The translations under genes and the position numbers were made by a program. A DNA stretch of 62,860 nt. Origin: Promethearchaeota archaeon (GTDB lineage Archaea; Asgardarchaeota; Lokiarchaeia; Sigyniarchaeales; SOKP01). Within the stretch, counting starts at the first letter, position 1; every line of letters begins with the position of its first letter. The notes beneath the pieces are model-generated. The model did no database searches and was not told the DNA's origin. It saw only the letters and a program-made list of their open reading frames with translations. This document shows, piece after piece, positions 40,305 through 49,498 of this stretch. Location of the stretch: contig RDOE01000009.1 in assembly GCA_011364975.1 (NCBI GenBank), positions 1 through 62,860 on the forward strand, read 5' to 3'.

Positions 40305-40823
40305 TTAGTCTTTTAGTATTAAATAATCTTTTCTAGCTTTAGCATACTCTTCACCTGAAATTTTACCCTCCAAAAAATCTTTTTCTTTTTGCCTCATCAT
40401 ATTTCTTTTTTCTGCTAGCTTTTTCCTTTTTTCAACCTTGTCAAAATTCTCTAGAATAGAATCGCACAACTTAATTATTTCCTTATTATCTTTATTTTTT
40501 AAATTGGGAATATAAGGTTTTATTGGATCAACTAATTCGATTTTCTTTTTTGATAATTCTTCTATTCTTTTTAAAGCCAAGATAATCTCTTCATTATTAT
40601 CTCCATCTAATACATCTATTAATCTAGGAATAGCAACTTCTTCAAGAATTTCATTAAGGTAAGCCTCGATATCTTTCTTTACATTAGAATCCTCATAATT
40701 ATTCATTAAATTATTTCGGATATATTCTATAAATATTAGGGGTAATTCAACGGACCATTCTTGCATTTTTTCTTTATCGATTAATTGTACTATACCACCG
40801 TCTTTTTTATTGAAAATTTTCAT
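40305..40823 (-). CDS. Hypothetical protein with a HEAT-like helical hairpin
   Basis: AIPRLIDVLD..NEEIILAL; co-oriented between top6A and pyrE. Confidence 0.6.
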   Translation of the reverse strand: MKIFNKKDGGIVQLIDKEKMQEWSVELPLIFIEYIRNNLMNNYEDSNVKKDIEAYLNEILEEVAIPRLIDVLDGDNNEEIILALKRIEELSKKKIELVDPIKPYIPNLKNKDNKEIIKLCDSILENFDKVEKRKKLAEKRNMMRQKEKDFLEGKISGEEYAKARKDYLILKD

Positions 40824-40842
40824 AAATTTATCATCACACTCC

Positions 40843-42036
40843 TTAAATCCAATCTCCTGTAGTCAATTTTTCTGGAAGATATTTATCAGTTAAAAATTCA
40901 AAGCCAAATGTCGAGAGTGCTTGAATTTCTGCTTTTATTTTTAGATTTAAAGCTAATTTCAAATCATTTTCCCATTCCTTATTATTTTTTACAAAATCTT
41001 CGCTTAATAATTCTTTTGTTCTTTTTATATCTGTCTGATTCATGGGAATTCTGCAATCATTAGGGATTTTATATTTCTCTAAATCACGGGTCAATACTCC
41101 AAGAAGTTTAATATTGGGAGTCGCTAGAAAGGGTGATTCATAGCTTAATCTTTTAGATCCTCTAAGATAAACTGAGTGAATATAATGACCATAAGGATCA
41201 CTATCTACTAAAGTGAATACGGGAAGATTTAATTCCTTACTTAATTTTCTTAAAAACATCCTAGTAGCAATATCTGCGGCACCTTTAGCTGTTAAAATAA
41301 TACATGGATAATTTTTCCAGAAACGTGCTTCAGATAACCTTATCATAGCAGCGTCTTTTTCTAAAACTAAAATAAACTCGGCATCTGATTCCAAGATTTC
41401 AATATTATCTAACATTGGGCTAATAGTCCAACCTCCACTGCCAAGACCTTCTAAATCAATAATATCATTTCTATCTCTAATCCGGAGTCTTCCTATACAT
41501 GACCCTTTGGCGGAAGCAACAATATGTGTCGAATTTCTTGTAGTGTAAAGCATTGTAGCAACATCTTCAATGCTTTTATCACTATTTTTTTGATCTCCAA
41601 ATAATTGAACGGAAGAATAATAGATTTCTCTTTTAGTGGCGTGAAGATCTTTTATTAATAACTCATTTACCTTTTCAAGAACTTTCATTAATCGCGTAAT
41701 ATCTGCTACACTTGCTAAAGAGTGAAATTGTTTTTCCATAATCTGTTTTCCAAGAAGTAAAAGATCATTCTCTTCATCCCATATTATATTAGTACTAGTC
41801 TTCGAAGGTAATTGAATTGAAGGTCTTCCTGATTCAGAAATCATCTCTATAATTGAATCAACCAATTGATGAATTCTTTCTAATATCTTTTTTCTGGAAA
41901 GATCATCAATTTTTACCGTATTTTCAGGTAATTTAACTTGTTTTTTTATCTCATCTTGTCCTTTTTTTAAATAATCTTGAAATAACTTTTTTGTTTCTTT
42001 TAAATCCCATTCTTTTTTATTGCTCTTGCTTGCCAT
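40843..42036 (-). CDS. top6A: DNA topoisomerase VI subunit A
   Basis: TKREIYY catalytic Tyr, VLEKDA, DSDPYG TOPRIM motif and KAEIQAL. Confidence 0.96.
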   Translation of the reverse strand: MASKSNKKEWDLKETKKLFQDYLKKGQDEIKKQVKLPENTVKIDDLSRKKILERIHQLVDSIIEMISESGRPSIQLPSKTSTNIIWDEENDLLLLGKQIMEKQFHSLASVADITRLMKVLEKVNELLIKDLHATKREIYYSSVQLFGDQKNSDKSIEDVATMLYTTRNSTHIVASAKGSCIGRLRIRDRNDIIDLEGLGSGGWTISPMLDNIEILESDAEFILVLEKDAAMIRLSEARFWKNYPCIILTAKGAADIATRMFLRKLSKELNLPVFTLVDSDPYGHYIHSVYLRGSKRLSYESPFLATPNIKLLGVLTRDLEKYKIPNDCRIPMNQTDIKRTKELLSEDFVKNNKEWENDLKLALNLKIKAEIQALSTFGFEFLTDKYLPEKLTTGDWI

Positions 42037-42046
42037 TTACATCCCC

Positions 42047-45000
42047 TTAAGCTAAACTCCAATGTTTTTTACCCTTTTTAGTTTCAACAAATATCAAACC
42101 TTTTCGTTCTAAATCTTTTAATTTAAGTTGAAGGAAACGAGCATCCATCATATCCTTTATCTTCATCTTAAATATTAAGGACGTTATAGGTTCTCCTTCA
42201 TTTGTTAACACATCTAATATTTTCTCTGTGGTAATAAGTGGTGTTTCTTCTTGAATAGAACTAGGTTTAACTAATGGTTTAACAACCTGAGTTTTAACCA
42301 TTTTTTCTTGCTTTATTGGTTCTTCCTTAATAATCGGAATTTGCGTTAGTACTATTTCCTTTTTCTCTTCAATTCCTTCTTCTTTTTCCTTTGAAAAGAA
42401 TTCCTGAATATTTTTAATTATTTGTGTTTTACTTGCTGATTTTGTAATAACTATGTTGTGATCTGAACAATATTCTCTAAGTTCTTTAACAGTCCAATTT
42501 TTTAATGTTTTTATGGATAGAAATTCTTCTTTATAATGATCCGTTACTTCAATTTCTTGCACGGTCTCAATAGGAGGCTCCTCAATTTCAATTCCTTTTT
42601 CCCATTCAATAGTAACTTCTTGAGGTTCTTCTTTGGCAATAGTTTCCCTTTCAAGTCTTTTAGGAGGAGTAGGTGTAAGTTCTATCTTTTTTGGTAAGGT
42701 TTTCTTTCCAATTGCTTGTTTCATCATTTCTTCTAATTCTTCACGAGAAAATTTCTCTTTATATTTTTCATTAGTGGAAGTAGCAATAGTGTAGATACTA
42801 TTTATAAAAGAAGGTATATATTTTTCTATTAAACTCGCCCTCTTTTCACTTTTTTTAAAAGTGGCTTTACGATTTAAATAAACTCGTAAACGCCTTCCAA
42901 TCGCTTCAAGACAATATTTTATTTCTTTTACTAGGTCTTCATCATCAGCTAACGCGTTTTTAGATTGAGATTTAAACATAAGATGTACATAGGGACCAGA
43001 AACATTTACTATTAACTTTATAGGTCCTTTAGGAAGGTTATTATCATATATCTCTAATTTATAGTTCTTCCAATTAACGCTTTGTACTGCTTTAGTTATA
43101 GCGCAGTCTGCTGAATCCCTTAATTTTGGTGTACGATTTACAAATCTAGACAGGACATCTCTGGAGCGTTTGGGAGTCTCAAGCTTCTTAGGGTCATTAC
43201 AATAGGCTAAACCAGCTTCCACTACATACGCTAAACCCTTTCCACTAGTTGGAGGTCTCGTTTCCGCAGAGACAAAATCATCATCCTTGGTATAATTTTG
43301 AGAAAAAAATTCTAAAACCTCTTGATAACTGTCCTTTTCGACATTTTGGAGGGAAATAAGGTTATTTTCAACAATTCTAATAGCCTGCTCTGTATCAACG
43401 CTTAGATCATTGATATCTATGCTTGCAAGGATTCTTGAATTGTAGTTTTTAAGTTCATCAATAGTAATCGGGATTTTATCTATTTTTTCTAATTTATTTT
43501 TTTGATCCTCCTTTATTATAGCTTTTTTTTTCTCTTCTTGTAGGATTTCGGAAGTTTTTATTAGAACTTCTAAAGGTTCTCCAAAATCATCAATATTCTC
43601 CGATACTTTTAGACCTATTTCTTTAATTAAGGTACTTTCTAGAACAGAATCTCCAACTGGAATAGCTGTATCGGTAGGCGGCGACATATATTTCATTGAT
43701 TTGAATGCATGAAATAGTGAATTAAATTGTTCATTTGTCAATTCAGAAGGTTTTGATTTAGACATTAAAATTTCGTTAATAAGACTTTCAAAATCCTCTC
43801 TATTTTTTAACTTCTTTATTTCAAGAATACCCTCATTAACATTTTCAAAAACTTTTGCTAATTCACTCTTAATTTTTTCTTTTTGTTGAGAAATTTTTTC
43901 TAATTTGCTTAATAGATTATCAATTTCTTTTTCAATTTTTTTAATATCTTTTTTTATTTCTGATTTTTCTATTCTATTATTATGTTTTTTAATTTCATCA
44001 TTAATCTTTTCTTTATCTCTATTTAATTGATTATATCTATCTATAAGCACCCAATATTTGTCCTTTAATTCGTTAGATTGCACTGTATAAATTATTAGTT
44101 TGTCTCTAGGTCTTTCTGATCGACCGAATACACGTTTTTCAAATCTAAGCAAAAATATTTCATCATTTTTTTTATTTGATTTTGAAATAAAGCTGTTCCC
44201 AAGATTTAAAAGATTAAGTTTGTCTTGCAAATCTCTTTCAGCATGATTTATTATATCTTTTGCAGTTTTAGAACTAATTCTTACAAAATTTTCTTGAAGA
44301 AAAGCCGATACAGTCAAATTTTCAGATTTAGCCAATAAATCTTGTAAATCTCCAATATTGGTTGATGTAGGGTGCGGTTTTGCATATTTAGGTTCTCTTG
44401 GAAACGAAGAAACTAATCTTCTGTAGATCCATTCATCTCCATAAGGATCTATAAAAATAACAGTTATATGAGGATTCATTAAAGCTGTTTCTTTAATATA
44501 AGTATCTACGTATCCTCTAACATATTTGACATTCAGGTAATTTAATTTTATATACGTACCATGTAAAAAAGGGCTATCAACTTCTGTCGGATGTATTAAA
44601 TATTTCTTTTCATTTTTGGAAGTTGTAAAAAATTCAGATACGGTAGCATAAATACTTTCAAGATTTTTCGATACCGCAACAATAGGCTTTCCAGTTGTGT
44701 TTTGAGCATCACTAAATGCACTTGGTGCCCCAAATCCTTGACTACCTCTAGTCTGTTTTAACTCAATACTTTTTGAAGATGCTAAATATTTACCAAATTT
44801 TCTTAAGTCTACTTTAGACATTCCGATTCCATTATCAAAAATTTCAAATGTGTAGCTCATTACGTTTTTCTGGGATAGCTCTGATGTAAGAAATGATGCA
44901 GCTTCGTATTCTCTTAGACGAATAATTACAAGTGGCTCGATGTCTATAATTGATTCAACGGGCTTTATAATTTCATTCATATCAAGGATGATACGTTTAA

Positions 45001-45452
45001 CTTCTTCCTCAACTTCTAACTCGGATTTATCAATTATTTCTCCCGAACCTTCTTCTTTATCTTGAAAAGAATCTATAGATATCTCTATTGACTCTGCAGG
45101 AGCTAGACCTATTTCTTTCATCAATGTTAATTTGGCTTCATTGTTTAATGGTTTAGCAATTTCATCTGCTTTAGCTTCTTGAAGAATTGAAAGATTTTCT
45201 AATGTAAGATCTTGATCTAAAGAAAATAAAGCTTTAGATTCCTCCTTTTGGAGTTCATTCCAGTGGTAAGTTTCAATAGCGTCCAATGCGTTATCTAAGA
45301 ATTCGGCTATATATTGTTTGCACAGGTTTAGGATGCCTATAGAACCTTGAATGCTTCCAGTAACCGAATTCAAACCCAACTAGTTGTGTTCTTTTACGCA
45401 TGAACTGAGCTATTGTTCCTTGTTTAATCCTGCCTTCTTCCTCTGATGAAAT
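42047..45452 (-). CDS. top6B: DNA topoisomerase VI subunit B, predicted spliced: join(45452..45349, 45317..42047), about 1124 aa
   Basis: Exon 2 has EFLDNALDA, DNGIGM, QTRGSQGFG and RFVNRTP. Exon 1, in another frame, reads ISSEEEGRIKQGTIAQFMRKRTQLVGFEFGYWKH, matching the Top6B N-terminal 'aeFf.rn..l.GF' segment. Confidence 0.9.
45318..45348 (-). other. Putative 31-nt BHB/BHL-type archaeal mRNA intron in top6B
   Basis: mRNA GCAU-UC^A-AGGUU..UAGG-CAU-CCUA-AACCU-GUGC-AA^A: 4-bp central helix, 3-nt bulge and intron hairpin. Removal restores the frame. Confidence 0.8.
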
Positions 45453-45688
45453 TTTTTACACCTGCCTTATTAATATTTTAATTATAAAATTCACATAATT
45501 AGATGAATTATAATCTATATATACATAAACCTATTTTTACCACATAAGACCTATTAAATATTCTAATGTCTAATAAATTAATCAATTTTTAAAATTGTAT
45601 TTGTTCAGTCATTTTGAAAAGAAATTGATTTACTATTTAAATCTTTTCTTCATTTGTAAAAATTTATAAAGAACGAGTGGATTTAAGT

Positions 45689-46966
45689 TCAAATATTTTT
45701 AATTCTATAATTCTCTAGGGCAACATCTAGTATTTTTGATGCAATATATCTTTTAGATTGCTTTTCTATATGTGTAATATGTTTTTCTTTATCAATTATG
45801 TAAACCTCATTATATTTACTATTAAATCCAATATCATCTCTACCAACATCATTTGCGATTATTAGATCCGCTTGAGACTTATTTAATCGATTATAGGCGC
45901 GATCTATTAATTCTGTTCTTGATACATTCGTTTCTGCTTTAAATGCTACAATATATACTTTATAATTCTTCTTTCGTGCCACATCTATTATTTTGGGAGT
46001 TAATCTCATATTAATTTTAAGTTCTTCAACATCATCCGACGAGATCTTCCCTTTAATAAAATCGACGGGTTTATAATCACTTATAGCTGCGGCACATATA
46101 AAGAAATCATATTCTTTGTACGATAACTCATCTTTAACAGATTTTATAAAATCGTCTGAGGATACTACGTTTATTGTATTGATGTAATCAGGAATTTTTA
46201 CCATACACTGCCCTGCGATTAATAAAACATCAGCACCTCTAGCGGCAGCTTCTTTTGCAATCTCGATTCCCATCCTTCCAGAAGAATTATTAGATACAAA
46301 TCTTATCTCATCAATGTATTCTCTAGTCGGTCCAGCAGTAATTAGTATCTTCTTCCCTTTTAAATCCTTTTTAGCGATCACTAGATCAATTACACGATCG
46401 ATGATATCATCAACTTTTGCTATTTTTGCTTTTCCTTCTGAAATTCTTGGTCCAAGAATATCTACTCCGTATTTCTTGAGTCTTGAGATATTTTTTTCAA
46501 TAATTGGATGAAACATACTTTCATGCATTGCTGGTACAATTATAATAGGAATTGAGGACCCGAATGCTGTTGAAACAACAGTTGTTACTGGTGTATCATC
46601 AATTCCATTCGCAATTTTAGAAATAGTATTAGCTGTTGCGGGGCAAACTAATATTAAGTCGGCTTTTCCTACTTCCCTTGGACGATCTCCCGCTATATAA
46701 ACATGTTCGACTTCTCCTGTTAATTTACTGATTACAGGATTACCAGTTGCCCAATGCATTAATGATGGATTTATTAATTCTGTCGCAGCTTTTGACATTA
46801 CAGTAATCACATCTGCACCTAAACGCATCAATTCTCTAGCTATAATTGGAGCAGATATCACAGCAACAGATCCTGTTAAGCATATACATATGGTTTTTCC
46901 TCTAAGAATTGTGCCTTTGGTTTCAATAATATCTTTAGAGGGATGATGTAGATTTTCTCGAGCCAT
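45689..46966 (-). CDS. coaBC: Bifunctional phosphopantothenoylcysteine decarboxylase/ligase
   Basis: PATANTISKIANG, VPAMH, ITAGPTREYID.IRFVSNNSSGRMG and AAISDY. Confidence 0.95.
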   Translation of the reverse strand: MARENLHHPSKDIIETKGTILRGKTICICLTGSVAVISAPIIARELMRLGADVITVMSKAATELINPSLMHWATGNPVISKLTGEVEHVYIAGDRPREVGKADLILVCPATANTISKIANGIDDTPVTTVVSTAFGSSIPIIIVPAMHESMFHPIIEKNISRLKKYGVDILGPRISEGKAKIAKVDDIIDRVIDLVIAKKDLKGKKILITAGPTREYIDEIRFVSNNSSGRMGIEIAKEAAARGADVLLIAGQCMVKIPDYINTINVVSSDDFIKSVKDELSYKEYDFFICAAAISDYKPVDFIKGKISSDDVEELKINMRLTPKIIDVARKKNYKVYIVAFKAETNVSRTELIDRAYNRLNKSQADLIIANDVGRDDIGFNSKYNEVYIIDKEKHITHIEKQSKRYIASKILDVALENYRIKNI

Positions 46967-47132
46967 ATTTCGATAAATATTAATCTAGATTTTGTATATT
47001 TGAATTATGTGATTAATATAAATATAAAGTTAAAAATTTTCCTTTATTCACAAAATATATTATCTTCTTTTATATAATAAGGCTGAAACAATTTGAAAAT
47101 TAATGTTGGATTTAATAAAGCGCATTTAAAAA

Positions 47133-49496
47133 TCACTGATCAATAATTTTGATTTTCAATTTCAATTTTGAAGCAAATTTTAAATATTTATTGAATGTCT
47201 CTTGTCTTAGAATCGATTTATTATCAAGCTTAAGAATTAAAGAAAGTTGTTTGCCATAATAGGTTCTATTCAATTCACTTACATCAAAATTAAAACCCTT
47301 TTCAAACGGAAGTTTGTAAATGGATGAACGTTCAAATTCTTCTTTTCTAATTTTTAAAATTTCTGTAGAGTATTTAATAAACTGAGTATGGCGCATTTTT
47401 TTCAAATCGAATATTATAGTACTTCCTAATTCTTTTTTTTGGAGTAAATCTTCAATATAATTATGAATTTTTTCTAATAAATGCTTACGAAATTCATGTA
47501 AATTTAATGAATTTTGCAGTAAATTGTTTATTATTTCATCTAAAGGTAATTCTAACCCTGCAAGTTCAGTGCTTAAATTTAAAAGAATTAAAAATTGATT
47601 GGTTCTTTCTTTTGGATTAGATTCTAATTCATGATAAACGTAATCGCGTTCCTTATTAATAAAGTCAAACAAAAACTCTTGAAATGCTTTTACAAATTCA
47701 GTATAATTTGGTATAAAAATTCTATCTTCATTTTCAATCAATACCCGATTTGCTTCAAATGGATTTATACTTTTTTTTATTACAGAATTGACTAGAGAAA
47801 GAGGATAATATCCTTCAATAAAATCCATACCCTTTGTAATACTTTTAATTGCATCCTTAAATGAGCATTTTGTTATTACATTGATAGTTTTGATGAGATT
47901 CCGTTCAATTTTAACAGGAGTTTTCCGGCAATAGCATAGATCAAAGGGTTTTAAATCATGAAAAAGAGGATTATTTTGATCAGGAATGACTATTTGTGCC
48001 CCAAAAGCGTTAACTAGACTTCCTTGTCTAGGCTTATTAGCTAAATCCCATTCAATTAATATAAGATCATTAACATTTGAATAATTCTGGTCTATGTCAT
48101 AATTATAATCGATGGATTTACTTATCACAGAATGGAAGTCAATAGGATTTATTTCATATTCATCATTTTCCCCCCAAAACTGCTTTTTATAATAAAAAAT
48201 GTCAGGAAAATTGCTAAAATCGTCCAGAAAGAGTTCTTTTATAATTAAGTAATTTACTCCAATTTCAGAAGATTTAATGATAGAATCACTTAAATCATAA
48301 AATCCAAGATGATTTATTATGTACTTATAAGCGGGATTTTCGAAATTCTCTTTATCATGATTAACAATATAAGTGTTTCTTCTTTTTCTAAAAGCAACTC
48401 TTGTTTTCTTTATATTAAATTTATCAATAAAGAGTTTTATAAAGGAAAACTTTCTCAAATATACCTTCTTTTCTAATTCTTTAATTTCATTTTTATAGGC
48501 TTTGTATCTTTCAATGTATAAATCTTCTGGAATTTCAAGTACAATAAATTGTTTCTTCATCAGCTTTAATTTATCAATGATACAGAAATTTTCAATCTCA
48601 TTTAAAAAATAATTGACGATTTCTGCCTTAAACAGCTTGAAGTCATCAAAATTTATTATATTGTCAATTCCAGGTTCATTTTGTGATATTTTATCATAAT
48701 ATTTTTTTATAAAGAAGAAAGCAAAATATTTTTCATTTATAACTTTCGAGTTTGTAAATTCTATTAATTTCCTAATTAAAAAATTAACAAATGTATTGTT
48801 CTGAAATTTATATTTTTCTAGAAAGGCATAAATTGATTCGATAATTCTTAGTATTTCATAAAAAGAGTATAAGGATATTGCTCTTAAGAAGCGTATAGTT
48901 CCCTGTTCAATATAATTATTATATTTAAGAAGATAATGATCAAATTCATTCTCATAAGAACTTTGCAGAAATTCAAAAAATTCAATATATAAGTTATTTG
49001 ATATGGCAGTTTGAAGAAAATTTTCAATAATAAGCTCACTATCTTGTTGGTTGATAATTGCTTTATTTAGGTAATTTAAGCCTTCAACACAATTATCATC
49101 TTCAAAGCATTGATTAGCTAGTTGGAGGAAATTTTTACTTTTTTTTTTTGATCCAAAATCTTCTGAAGTTAGATAATAATTATCGATTTTGTTAAGGAGT
49201 CTTATAGCGATATTTTCATCCAATAAAGTTATTACTCTAATAATATGGTTACATATCTTATCGTCTCGTTCTGTATGGATTAAAAATTTTGGACAATCAT
49301 GAAAAATTTCAAGATTTTTTTCATCTATAATTAAATGGAATTCCCTATCATTGTCTAATATAATACTCCTTATTTTAATTGGGTCTTTCCTAAGTGAAAT
49401 AAATTTAATTTTATTTTTTGGAAAATCTAGTGATTTTCTATAGAGATTTTCACTAAATTTGCTATTTATGATTTCTGATAACGCTTTATTATTCAT
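47133..49496 (-). CDS. Large helical protein with an N-terminal SWIM-like Zn finger
   Basis: HDCPKF....ICNH resembles SWIM CxC..CxH with the first Cys replaced by His; 2-nt gap to the VWA gene. Confidence 0.55.
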   Translation of the reverse strand: MNNKALSEIINSKFSENLYRKSLDFPKNKIKFISLRKDPIKIRSIILDNDREFHLIIDEKNLEIFHDCPKFLIHTERDDKICNHIIRVITLLDENIAIRLLNKIDNYYLTSEDFGSKKKSKNFLQLANQCFEDDNCVEGLNYLNKAIINQQDSELIIENFLQTAISNNLYIEFFEFLQSSYENEFDHYLLKYNNYIEQGTIRFLRAISLYSFYEILRIIESIYAFLEKYKFQNNTFVNFLIRKLIEFTNSKVINEKYFAFFFIKKYYDKISQNEPGIDNIINFDDFKLFKAEIVNYFLNEIENFCIIDKLKLMKKQFIVLEIPEDLYIERYKAYKNEIKELEKKVYLRKFSFIKLFIDKFNIKKTRVAFRKRRNTYIVNHDKENFENPAYKYIINHLGFYDLSDSIIKSSEIGVNYLIIKELFLDDFSNFPDIFYYKKQFWGENDEYEINPIDFHSVISKSIDYNYDIDQNYSNVNDLILIEWDLANKPRQGSLVNAFGAQIVIPDQNNPLFHDLKPFDLCYCRKTPVKIERNLIKTINVITKCSFKDAIKSITKGMDFIEGYYPLSLVNSVIKKSINPFEANRVLIENEDRIFIPNYTEFVKAFQEFLFDFINKERDYVYHELESNPKERTNQFLILLNLSTELAGLELPLDEIINNLLQNSLNLHEFRKHLLEKIHNYIEDLLQKKELGSTIIFDLKKMRHTQFIKYSTEILKIRKEEFERSSIYKLPFEKGFNFDVSELNRTYYGKQLSLILKLDNKSILRQETFNKYLKFASKLKLKIKIIDQ

Positions 49497-49498
49497 AA

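Noticed and set aside
45317-45379. ORF-track start of top6B (TTG, MGLNSVTGSIQGSIGILNLCK)
   Set aside because: These 21 residues do not resemble Top6B. The conserved N-terminus is in another frame and the intron model joins it exactly.
45291-45452. top6B as a pseudogene or programmed frameshift
   Set aside because: A plain frameshift would leave about 10 extra residues just before the N-box and would not explain the splice-motif geometry. The rest of the gene and top6A are intact. A read-level check is still needed.
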